A stretch of 64,000 nt of DNA, taken from the NCBI GenBank assembly GCA_964348785.1, contig CAYGDO010000001.1, positions 120,369-184,368 of the forward strand. The letters run 5' to 3'. Source of the stretch: an uncultured Candidatus Saccharibacteria bacterium. Lineage in GTDB: Bacteria; Patescibacteriota; Minisyncoccia; Phycocordibacterales; 2-02-FULL-43-11. The first letter of the stretch is position 1; every line of letters begins with the position of its first letter. Below the pieces are notes generated by a model. That model ran no database searches. It saw only the letters and a program-made list of their open reading frames with translations, and was not told the origin of the DNA. Made by a program: the position numbers and the translations under genes. This document shows positions 26,571 through 34,716 of this stretch, piece after piece.

Positions 26571-26600
26571 ATAAGCATTCTACATCTTATATCGAGCAAT

Positions 26601-26640
26601 TAAAAAAGCCTCAGGAAAAGTCCCGAGGCCCGAAAAAACA
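26601..26640 (-). terminator. Terminator downstream of the PhoH-like gene
   Basis: Minus-strand gcctcgggacttttcctgaggc followed by a T6 run. Confidence 0.5.
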
Positions 26641-26651
26641 AAAGGACAGAA

Positions 26652-27998
26652 TTAGAGCAGATTCGCCGCGAGCTCAGCGAGCTCGGAACGTTCACCTTTG
26701 GCGAGATGAACGTGAGCCGCCAGTGGTTGCCCGCGCATCCGATCGACGAGGTAAACGAAACCGTTCGAGCTTGAGTCAACGTACGGGTTGTCAATCTGCC
26801 ACGGATCACCCGTGAAGACAATCTTGGTCCCCTGTCCCACTCGAGTGACGATCGTCTTCACCTCGAGCGGTGTAAGGTTCTGGGCTTCGTCGATGACTAT
26901 GAACTGGCCAGGAATTGACCGACCCCGAATGTAGCTCAGTGCCTCAACCACGATTGTGCCGTTGCGCATAAGATCGGCAGGCTTACGCCCACCACCAGCC
27001 CCCATGTTGAGATCCCCGAGGAACTCAAGTGCATCGTGGATGGGTTGCATCCACGGCGCCAGTTTTTCCTCGAGAGTCCCCGGAAGAAACCCGATCTCTT
27101 TACCCATCGAGATCGTCGGACGAGCGACAAGCACCCGCCGATAATTTCCCGTGCCACCATCAACACCTTTGGCCTGATGAAGCCCTCCCGCGAGAGCCAA
27201 CAAGGTCTTACCCGTACCGGCCTTACCGAGAAGTGTCACCAACTTGACACGGTCGTCGAGAAGAGCGTCGAAGGCGAAGCGTTGCTCAGGATTGCGAGGA
27301 TCAATGCCCCAGACACTTTCTTTTATATCCCTAATGGGGACCAATCGACCTTCAGTATCAACCTTGGCCAACCGGTATTTATCCCCATCAGAAATGCGGC
27401 AGTACTCTCCGATTCCATGGCCAGACGGAGCTTCCATCTTGCCAGTTCTGTTGAACCGTGCGAGCTCAGCGGACTCAACCGTCATATTGAACGCGCCACT
27501 GTAAAGCGCCGAGAGCTCCACCCGGTCAGTTCTGTAGTCTTCAGACTGGATACCGATTGAGTCAGCACGGAGACGAAGGTTCACGTCCTTTGTGACGATG
27601 ACAAGAATCACACCTGGCTCCGCCGACTTGATTTGCCCTGCTCGGCGAAGAATCATCGAATCAACGTGGCCATTACCGTTACCGTTATGACCAACGTGTT
27701 CGCTGTCGCCGTTTGCCTTTTCGCCAAGAACAATCCGGAACCGTCCCCCACCAGGAAGCGTGTGTCCCACGTGGAGTTTACTTCCGGAGGCCCGCCATCC
27801 GTCGAGAATTCTCGAGACCGCCCGAGCGTTCCGTCCCAACTCATTGGACTCTCGCTTGAAATGATCAAGTTCCTCGATGACCTCGATCGGAATGAGGACG
27901 TTGTGTTCTTGGAAACTGACCAAAGCATTCGGGTCGTGAAGGAGAACATTTGTGTCGAGCAAGTAGTTCTTCCTCGTGCCTGCTGCTACATCTTTCAT
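26652..27998 (-). CDS. PIN-domain plus PhoH-like ATPase (PhoH2/YlaK family)
   Basis: N-terminal PIN (LLDTNVLLHDP...IPIEVIEELD) and C-terminal PhoH P-loop (LLGKAGTGKTLLALA). GC about 58% against about 34% for the genome, indicating foreign origin. Confidence 0.9.
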   Translation of the reverse strand: MKDVAAGTRKNYLLDTNVLLHDPNALVSFQEHNVLIPIEVIEELDHFKRESNELGRNARAVSRILDGWRASGSKLHVGHTLPGGGRFRIVLGEKANGDSEHVGHNGNGNGHVDSMILRRAGQIKSAEPGVILVIVTKDVNLRLRADSIGIQSEDYRTDRVELSALYSGAFNMTVESAELARFNRTGKMEAPSGHGIGEYCRISDGDKYRLAKVDTEGRLVPIRDIKESVWGIDPRNPEQRFAFDALLDDRVKLVTLLGKAGTGKTLLALAGGLHQAKGVDGGTGNYRRVLVARPTISMGKEIGFLPGTLEEKLAPWMQPIHDALEFLGDLNMGAGGGRKPADLMRNGTIVVEALSYIRGRSIPGQFIVIDEAQNLTPLEVKTIVTRVGQGTKIVFTGDPWQIDNPYVDSSSNGFVYLVDRMRGQPLAAHVHLAKGERSELAELAANLL

Positions 27999-28119
27999 GG
28001 TTGTTTTGCCTTTTTTAGAACCACCAAAATTAGCTTACAACTTATAGACCCACTTGCAAAGTAAAAATTATTAAAAAATTTATTTCTATTTTAGACAACC
28101 CTCTACAAAAGACTTGTCT

Positions 28120-28401
28120 TTATGATTTTATATCACAAACATTTTTATCACCCTTTCTCCACCAATATGGATACTCACCAAACTGAAAACAAATTAAATC
28201 GAAAGTTATAAATAGTCCAATAGCATACGGTGCGAATTTCATCAAAGTATCACCGAGCGATTTAGAATCAACGCCCGACAAAAGAAAAGTTATTACCCCA
28301 AGATTTATTATAGTTAAAGTGGCAACCCAACCAGAAAGTGACGACGGATAATAAAAAGCGAACTTCTTCCAAAACCTTTTTGGTTTAAACCAATATTTCA
28401 T
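28120..28401 (-). CDS. Hypothetical small membrane protein (93 aa)
   Basis: ORF with two TM helices. Low confidence. Confidence 0.35.
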   Translation of the reverse strand: MKYWFKPKRFWKKFAFYYPSSLSGWVATLTIINLGVITFLLSGVDSKSLGDTLMKFAPYAIGLFITFDLICFQFGEYPYWWRKGDKNVCDIKS

Positions 28402-28566
28402 AATTAGATTATAAATTAAATATCAAAAATTAAAAATAGTTTCTAACAACTACTATCTACTTTCTATTTTTTATTTTCTGCTTCTTGCCACTTTCTACTC
28501 TCCACTTGCTTATTTCTATTCTTGAAACTATTCTAAAAAAACATATACTTTGTACGTATTAATTTT

Positions 28567-28654
28567 GGAGGGTTCGCATAGTGGCCTAGTGCGCACGCTT
28601 GGAAAGCGTGTATGTCGAAAGGCATCGGGAGTTCGAATCTCCCACCCTCCGCCA
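28567..28654 (+). tRNA. tRNA-Ser (anticodon GGA), long variable arm, CCA encoded
   Basis: GGAGGGTTCGCATAGTGGCCTAGTGCGCACGCTTGGAAAGCGTG...GGGAGTTCGAATCTCCCACCCTCCGCCA. Confidence 0.9.
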
Positions 28655-28723
28655 AAATTGAAAATCGGAATCGGAAGCCGAAATAAGGTCGCACCAAAAG
28701 CGCAATACCATCGTACTTGCCCC

Positions 28724-28755
28724 AGAGTTTTTGTGATTATACAAAAACTCTTTTC
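28724..28755. terminator. Hairpin terminator (agagtttttgt / acaaaaactct) between tRNA-Ser and the HD-domain gene
   Basis: 11-bp inverted repeat followed by a T-run. Confidence 0.5.
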
Positions 28756-28798
28756 CACACGTGCGTACACGCAAGCTCACTACCTCTTATTAGAATTG

Positions 28799-29425
28799 CT
28801 ATTTACTATCAATCCATTTCACCCCAACTTTTTCAAACTGCGTTTTTAAATCTTTTTTCACTTCTTCTAAAAAGTCTTTGAGTTCTGGAAAATGATGGGT
28901 GGCTTCATCGAACGCCACCACTGCCTTGGTCGCATAGTCAGCATGAAATTCTTTTGGAACGTACGCCTCCACTCCTACTTCAGCTATATGAAGAAACCCT
29001 TCAATCTTATCTAATGCCTTCACGAACTTCGCCTCAATAGTTATCTGATCTTCATACTCGCGCCACAAGGCATAAATCCAATCCCCAAAAGGTAGGTCAT
29101 CTGTCATTTCGTGCATGGCTTTTTCTTCCATAACAGCCTTCTCTTCAATTAACTTTTTGCCTTCTAAAATCTGTTCATACGCATCAACGTCACCGGTCTT
29201 CGCTTCAGCTAAGTCGTGCAATAACGCAAGAGCGAGCGTACGATTAATATCTATTCGCACCCGAGATTCAGTTCCAATAATCAACGCCATAAGTCCCAAT
29301 CTCCAAGAGTGTTCAGCGACCGTGTTTTTATTAGCACGCATAGATGAGCCGTATCGCTCGGCTTGTTCTAAGGCTTTACTCCTTTTCAAAAACAAAAGTA
29401 CGTCGTGAATTTTTTGCTGTCTCAT
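28799..29425 (-). CDS. HD-domain 5'-deoxynucleotidase (YfbR-like, HD_3), paralog 1
   Basis: AEHSWRLG ... LLHDLAEAKTGD metal-binding H/HD motifs. 208 aa. About 50% identical to paralog 2. Confidence 0.8.
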   Translation of the reverse strand: MRQQKIHDVLLFLKRSKALEQAERYGSSMRANKNTVAEHSWRLGLMALIIGTESRVRIDINRTLALALLHDLAEAKTGDVDAYEQILEGKKLIEEKAVMEEKAMHEMTDDLPFGDWIYALWREYEDQITIEAKFVKALDKIEGFLHIAEVGVEAYVPKEFHADYATKAVVAFDEATHHFPELKDFLEEVKKDLKTQFEKVGVKWIDSK

Positions 29426-29448
29426 GTTATGTAAAAAGTTTTTTCTTA

Positions 29449-29775
29449 TTAAGAATGCGATTCGTTCATTTTATCCCAATCCCATTTTCGGTCTTTGTTG
29501 TATGCAAGCTTGTCTAAAATAGCTCCTTCCAGATCTACGCCAAGTACTCCACAAAGATGGAGAATTCTTTGAACGGCATCGCCCATTTCTTCTGTAAAAC
29601 CATCCTTTGCGTGTATGTTTTTATGGCGGTATGCCTCAAAAGCTTCTGACACCTCCGAGTGTATTAGAGCAATTTTTTCTCCGACATTAATTTCTTCGGG
29701 TTTTGTTCCGAATCCTTTTGCTTTCGCTTGCCCCATGACAAGAATCGAAATGTGTTCCAAAGTCAATTTTTCCAT
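29449..29775 (-). CDS. MazG-like nucleoside triphosphate pyrophosphohydrolase (small single-domain type)
   Basis: EVSEAFEAYRHK and EEMGD motifs of the MazG/NTP-PPase all-alpha fold. Start taken at the internal Met (MEKLTLEH). Confidence 0.75.
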   Translation of the reverse strand: MEKLTLEHISILVMGQAKAKGFGTKPEEINVGEKIALIHSEVSEAFEAYRHKNIHAKDGFTEEMGDAVQRILHLCGVLGVDLEGAILDKLAYNKDRKWDWDKMNESHS

Positions 29776-29878
29776 CTTTAAATTGTAACACAAAATAAAA
29801 CACATGGGACATTTCTGCTCATGTGTGTGACGTCTTTCGCAAGGAACGAGGGCCTAGTTTTGCCCATACCCACGACAG

Positions 29879-30097
29879 TTATGATTGGAAAACCATTATC
29901 GAATCGACTTTCTGTTTATCAACTATTGCAGCTATCATCTCTTTCTCACCCACAACATGAAAAAAGATAAGATTTTCACCGTTGTCCTCTATTCGAGTGA
30001 CCTTGGGAATCCGCAAACCAACGGTACCGCCTGGAACTACATAACGACGGTCGTACATGACATCGAAGGTCTGCGCATCTCCTTGATATTCTTTCAT
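29879..30097 (-). CDS. Hypothetical 72-aa protein, possibly an AbrB/MazE-like swapped-hairpin domain
   Basis: GTVGLRIPKVTRIEDNGENLIF resembles the xVRIPxxxxxxL motif of MazE/AbrB. Lies between an HD gene and the MazG-like gene. The assignment is weak. Confidence 0.3.
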   Translation of the reverse strand: MKEYQGDAQTFDVMYDRRYVVPGGTVGLRIPKVTRIEDNGENLIFFHVVGEKEMIAAIVDKQKVDSIMVFQS

Positions 30098-30231
30098 ATC
30101 TTTGTTTCTTATTAGCTATCTCCAGCGTGAATTTAGCCAGCCTATTTTTGAATGCACCCGACAGGTAAGGTTAGGGTTCCGAGCATCTATATGGACTATA
30201 GGGTTTAGTATAAAAAATTCAATTAAGGCTT

Positions 30232-30260
30232 GGGTAGTTTGTAAATCTTTAATTTACAAT
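30232..30260. repeat. Palindromic 27-bp element ggtagtTTGTAAATctttaATTTACAA, copy 1 (copy 2 at 32436-32465)
   Basis: 27/28-nt identity between the two copies. Each contains the inverted repeat TTGTAAAT/ATTTACAA. Copy 1 overlaps the last four codons of HD paralog 2. Copy 2 lies in the promoter region of the TrmB-like gene. Confidence 0.6.
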
Positions 30261-30872
30261 GTATTTCACCCCCACTTTTTCAAACTGTGTTTTCAAATCT
30301 TTTTTAATCAGATTAAGTAAATCTTTTACCTCAGGAACATTTTGTACCGCTTGGTCAAAAGCTAATACTGCTCTATCTACATAATATCCATGAAATTCTT
30401 TAGGAATATAAGCTTTTACACCCCGGTCGGCAATATGAATATAAGCTTCTATGCCGTCTAAAGCCGCCACAAATTTGGCTTCTAGGGTTTTATGATCCTC
30501 GTATTCATTCCACAAATCAAATATCTCTTTGCCAAAAGATAAATCTCGAGTTATAGCTTTCATAGCTAGTTTTTCTTTTTTATATTTATCTTGAATTAAC
30601 TTTCTTCCTTTAAGAATTTGCTCATAAGCGTCAATGTCGCCCGTCACTGACTCGGCGAGGTCGTGAATAAGGGCGAGCGCCATAGCGTGACTCAAATCAA
30701 TTTTTAGATTGCATTCTTTGGCAATAATAAAAACCATAAGAGTCAATTGCCATGAATGCTCCGCTGTGGTGTCACCATTCTTGCTAAGTGAATAACCATA
30801 TCTAGGGACAGATTTCAACTGGTTGCTACGTTGCAGAAATGTGAAGATATCTTTTACTTTTTGTTCTTTCAT
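30249..30872 (-). CDS. HD-domain 5'-deoxynucleotidase (YfbR-like), paralog 2
   Basis: AEHSWQLT ... LIHDLAESVTGD motifs. The 3' about 55 nt are nearly identical to the 3' end of paralog 1 (…DLKTQFEKVGVK[W/Y]I). Confidence 0.8.
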   Translation of the reverse strand: MKEQKVKDIFTFLQRSNQLKSVPRYGYSLSKNGDTTAEHSWQLTLMVFIIAKECNLKIDLSHAMALALIHDLAESVTGDIDAYEQILKGRKLIQDKYKKEKLAMKAITRDLSFGKEIFDLWNEYEDHKTLEAKFVAALDGIEAYIHIADRGVKAYIPKEFHGYYVDRAVLAFDQAVQNVPEVKDLLNLIKKDLKTQFEKVGVKYIVN

Positions 30873-30978
30873 ATATTTTATTTTTTATTCATATGAGTGC
30901 ACAAATTTCTTTCTGCGCTCGTATAAATGGCCGTCAGTCGCGAGATTGCTCTCGCAACGACGGCCGATGATTTCAAAA

Positions 30979-32268
30979 CTACCTGCTCAACTTCAACTGC
31001 GCGGCGTCCCTCGCTTCGAAGTGACGCATTGCGGTCTCAATGCACCGACGGAACGACAGTCCGTAAGTGATTGGGGCCAAGGGCCCCCACACGATCGGGT
31101 CCGCCGCGGCGTGGCGGAATATCTGCTGAAGGATGGTCGGCGGAAGTTTCCGCCGTAACGGGCTGTTTGGATCCGCCAGAGCCAACAACAGGTCTTCATC
31201 GTTAGTGGGTCTTTCGTTTTCTGGGATGTCCTTCCACGCGTGCTCCATGGCTCGCGCGAAACGTCTGTCCCATGTGCTGACCAGTTGACCGTGTGTGGGG
31301 GCGAAGCCAGCGATTCCGCCATGCTGAACTATTCCCACCCCGAAGGCGAACTCGGAAGAAAACTCCCCGCCTTTTCTGCGCTCAGCGCGGGTGAGTCCTT
31401 GTAGGATATTTCTCAGCATGTAGACAACTCGCATGAACATGTCGAGCTGGTCTGTTGAGACCCTCCGAACCTCCTGCCAGTATTCTTCCTCCTCCGTGGG
31501 GTACTTATTTTGGCGCTTCTTCATGTTAGCTACGCCCGCAGCGGGAGGACGGTTCTTGCAAGCGCAAGGGCCGTAATTGCAGTACAGGCACCTGAATATT
31601 TCGCGAGGTCCCGATGATGTGCCAATCACCTCTGCCGGTCGTCCGTACTTGTACGTCGCGCACAGGACGAGCATGTCGAGTGGAACCTGGACATTCTCGG
31701 GCAACGATTCGTTCACTGCAAAGACGGAGAACATCTCATAGAGATAAACTTTCCCGAAGAGGTACTCCATCTCTTCGAGCACAGCCGAGTCAACGCGAGA
31801 TTCGTCACGCCACGTTGTTATCTCTCGGGAGAACGCTTGCGCATTCAACTGGGCGGTTGAGTCCGGTTTTTCACCCAACAGCAACTGAACGAGATTGAAG
31901 CCGGTTGTGAAAACTTCCTGCCTCCCGAGCAATATAAGCTGGGAAGGGTCAACCCTATCTGTTGCGCGCTTCTTCCGCGCCATCGTCCCTTTCAGCTCGC
32001 GGAATTCCAACTCGACCTGCGCCTCCACACTGCCACGTTGCAGATGCGTAGCATTCCGCCAAAACGCTTCTTCAGCGTCTTGCATCGAGGGGGTGAAGCC
32101 GGCGATCACCCCATGAAATCTTGCGTCACGATCGACCTGCTCTTCGAGTCCCGAGCGTGCCTGGTTGGCTTTCCCGATCAGTGTTTCTGAGTCCCGCGAC
32201 CCAGTCCAACGTTTCCACAGTTCGTAGATTCGAAGGATCATATCGTAAAGCGACTCTGTATTCTTCAT
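30979..32268 (-). CDS. Hypothetical 429-aa protein in a strongly GC-rich (about 60%) insert, with an internal duplication and a Cys cluster
   Basis: Long ORF confined to the GC-rich patch. Repeated modules FHGVIAGFTPS... and QHGGIAGFAPTHG.... CLYCNYGPCAC (CxxCx4CxC). GC hairpin ggccgtcagtcgcgagattgctctcgcaacgacggcc just past the stop. No family recognized. Confidence 0.5.
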   Translation of the reverse strand: MKNTESLYDMILRIYELWKRWTGSRDSETLIGKANQARSGLEEQVDRDARFHGVIAGFTPSMQDAEEAFWRNATHLQRGSVEAQVELEFRELKGTMARKKRATDRVDPSQLILLGRQEVFTTGFNLVQLLLGEKPDSTAQLNAQAFSREITTWRDESRVDSAVLEEMEYLFGKVYLYEMFSVFAVNESLPENVQVPLDMLVLCATYKYGRPAEVIGTSSGPREIFRCLYCNYGPCACKNRPPAAGVANMKKRQNKYPTEEEEYWQEVRRVSTDQLDMFMRVVYMLRNILQGLTRAERRKGGEFSSEFAFGVGIVQHGGIAGFAPTHGQLVSTWDRRFARAMEHAWKDIPENERPTNDEDLLLALADPNSPLRRKLPPTILQQIFRHAAADPIVWGPLAPITYGLSFRRCIETAMRHFEARDAAQLKLSR

Positions 32269-32478
32269 GGTTGCTCCTAGACGGTATCGTCAAGCCAATC
32301 TTGTGCCGGCTTGTTTTGTTTACGTCAAAGAACCTTGTCAATTCATCCACCTGCCTAAAAGACAGACAGATCGGACATCAGTTCTTGACACCCATGTGAA
32401 ATATAGTGTATAATATAAAAAGGTCAATTGAGACATAGGTAGTTTGTAAATCTTCAATTTACAACTTTTTTAACACAT

Positions 32479-33282
32479 ATGAGCAAAAGACAAAAAAACA
32501 ATATAACAAAAACGCTGGAAGAACTAGGCTTAAGTGAAAACGAAGCGGTACTTTATCATATCTGTTTGAAGTATCCTCAAAGCACCGTAAAAGAATTGGG
32601 GGCGTATTCTCCATTCCCCCGCACAATGCTGTACCATGTGTTGAACCAGCTTATCAGACGAGGGCTCGTGTCAACTTCTACTGATAAATGGCGCACTGTA
32701 TACATTTCAGAAAGCCCTGAACGGCTTTATGATTTGCTAGCACAAAAAGAAAAAGAGTTTGAAAAACAAGCTCACTCAATTCGTGGACTTATCCCACAAT
32801 TAAAAAATAGATATTCGCTTTCCATCCAACAACCCAGCGTACGTATTTTTGAAGGAATCGAAGAATACAAAAAGGCAATGGAGGACATTATAATCTCTAA
32901 ACCTGAAGTAGTATTCGCTTACGAAACTCCTGGAAAACAAAAACCTGGCCTGGAAATGAGAGAGCTCCACGAAGCTAGACGTATCGCTAAAAAAATCAAG
33001 AAAAAAACTCTGTTCTTTGAAAGTGCAGAGGCACTTAAGAAAATCTCCAAAGTGCCCTACAGTGACTTTACGGAATGGAGAAGCACCAAGAGACCTAGTG
33101 AAAATTTTAATGTAGATTTTATGCTCTACGATGGTAAAATACTCTATACCAATTACAGCAAGCACGAGCCAAAGACTATCTTGATAGAAGACAGCTTACT
33201 GTATGAAATGCAAAAAAATATTTTTCTTGCACAATGGAAAGAAGGAAAACGCGAAACTCTGTCTTACTTAAAACAAAAATAA
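32479..33282 (+). CDS. TrmB-like winged-helix transcriptional regulator
   Basis: N-terminal wHTH (LGLSENEAVLYHICLKYPQSTVKELGAYSPFPRTMLYHVLNQLIRRGLV) with a C-terminal effector-like domain. Palindrome copy 2 lies 14-40 nt upstream. Confidence 0.6.
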   Translation: MSKRQKNNITKTLEELGLSENEAVLYHICLKYPQSTVKELGAYSPFPRTMLYHVLNQLIRRGLVSTSTDKWRTVYISESPERLYDLLAQKEKEFEKQAHSIRGLIPQLKNRYSLSIQQPSVRIFEGIEEYKKAMEDIIISKPEVVFAYETPGKQKPGLEMRELHEARRIAKKIKKKTLFFESAEALKKISKVPYSDFTEWRSTKRPSENFNVDFMLYDGKILYTNYSKHEPKTILIEDSLLYEMQKNIFLAQWKEGKRETLSYLKQK

Positions 33283-33283
33283 A

Positions 33284-33694
33284 ATGAACATATACTTTAT
33301 TGGGTCCATTTTAGGAGGACGAATCAATCAATCACAATATAGAGAGGTAATTGAAATTCTCAAACAACACGGAAATGTCTTATCCGAACACATTGCGGAC
33401 GAATCTCTTTCAGAATACGGAGAGACTGATTTAGAAAAAGAAGAAATTCACGATCGCGAACTTAAAAGACTAGAAAAAAGCGACTTAGTAGTGGCTGAAA
33501 TTACAACGCCAAGTCTTGGTGTGGGATATCTTATCGCAGAAGCTTTGCGTTTAAATAAAAGGATTATCGCTCTCTATAATGGAGAAGACACTCTGAAACT
33601 TTCAGCAATGATAAAGGGGAATAAAAAAACAAAAGTGCACTTGTATAAGACAAGAGATGACATCAACAGAATATTTACATCTCTCTTAAATTAA
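33284..33694 (+). CDS. 2'-deoxynucleoside 5'-phosphate N-hydrolase (DNPH1/Rcl family; nucleoside 2-deoxyribosyltransferase-like fold)
   Basis: MNIYFIGSILGGR, VVAEITTPSLGVGYLIAEA and LSAMIKG closely parallel DNPH1 (YFCGSIRGGR, VVAEVTQPSLGVGYELG, LSAMIRG). Confidence 0.8.
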   Translation: MNIYFIGSILGGRINQSQYREVIEILKQHGNVLSEHIADESLSEYGETDLEKEEIHDRELKRLEKSDLVVAEITTPSLGVGYLIAEALRLNKRIIALYNGEDTLKLSAMIKGNKKTKVHLYKTRDDINRIFTSLLN

Positions 33695-33921
33695 AAAGCA
33701 CTAGCTCTCCTGCTCTAAATTACCAAAGAAGTTATCGCATGTCTAGAATTTTACTTAACACAAACGCTTAACCTCAGCCCTCAAACTGCACTAAAATACT
33801 CTTAAGTTGTATTAATCCAAAATTTTAAATGCTGAGAAGCCATCAAAATTTAAATTCAGCAAACCTAAAAGCGCTAAATAACGCTTCCGCTAAATGTAAA
33901 TTTTGATAGAATCATTCTAAT

Positions 33922-34716
33922 ATGATACTGGAACTACTAAAAGCATTGATCTTGGGCATAGTGGAAGGAATAACAGAATTCTTGCCGGTTTCATCTACAG
34001 GACATCTAATAATCATAAATCAATGGTTATCATTTGACCCATCATTAACATTTCTATTTGATATTTTTATACAACTTGGTGCCATTTTGGCCGTAATCGT
34101 TTTTTTTAGAGAAAAATTATTTCCTTTCAAAAAAACTAGCGAGGAAAAAAAGCTGGTTTTTAACTTGTGGCAAAAAACCTTATTGGCAGTTATACCGGCC
34201 ATTATTATTGGCTTTTTCCTAAAAGATATAATTGAACAAAAACTTTTTAATCCCAAAGTCGTATCTTACGCCCTTATAATAGGAGGTTTCATTCTTTTGA
34301 TTGCAGAAAAAATAAACAAAAAACCAGACGTTGAATTGATAGAAAAAATAACTGCCAAAAAAGCTCTCCTAATAGGGTTATGCCAATGCCTAGCTATGAT
34401 TCCCGGAGTCTCCCGCTCTGGAGCAACAATAATAGGAGGATTATTTTTTGGTCTAAATAGAAAAATATCAGCGGAATTTTCTTTTTTCTTAGCAATACCA
34501 ACAATGCTACTTGCCTCTTCTTACAGTTTATTAAAAGCTGAGGTGGTGTTTGATATGCAAACATTACTCATTCTTGCCACGGGTTTTATTTTTGCCTTCT
34601 TATCAGCTCTTTTGGTCATAAAGATCTTTGTGAAATACATACAAAACCACGATTTTAAAATCTTTGGTTATTACAGAATAATAGTTGGGGTTGTAATTCT
34701 CCTTTTACTTACTTAA
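33922..34716 (+). CDS. uppP: Undecaprenyl-diphosphatase UppP (BacA)
   Basis: ILGIVEGITEFLPVSSTGHLII and PGVSRSGATI motifs. 264 aa with 8 TM helices. Confidence 0.9.
   Translation: MILELLKALILGIVEGITEFLPVSSTGHLIIINQWLSFDPSLTFLFDIFIQLGAILAVIVFFREKLFPFKKTSEEKKLVFNLWQKTLLAVIPAIIIGFFLKDIIEQKLFNPKVVSYALIIGGFILLIAEKINKKPDVELIEKITAKKALLIGLCQCLAMIPGVSRSGATIIGGLFFGLNRKISAEFSFFLAIPTMLLASSYSLLKAEVVFDMQTLLILATGFIFAFLSALLVIKIFVKYIQNHDFKIFGYYRIIVGVVILLLLT

Noticed and set aside
26936-27949. Antisense and alternative-frame ORFs within the PhoH-like gene (for example 27036-27560 +, 27633-28064 +).
   Set aside because: They are fully embedded in a confidently identified high-GC CDS and are typical GC-driven artefacts.
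30993-32399. Multiple overlapping plus- and minus-strand ORFs (30993-31322, 31614-31898, 31895-32116, 32121-32399, 32126-32350) in the GC-rich patch.
   Set aside because: High-GC DNA produces long stop-free frames on all strands. Only the 429-aa frame spans the whole patch and shows internal protein-level repeats. The others are treated as spurious.
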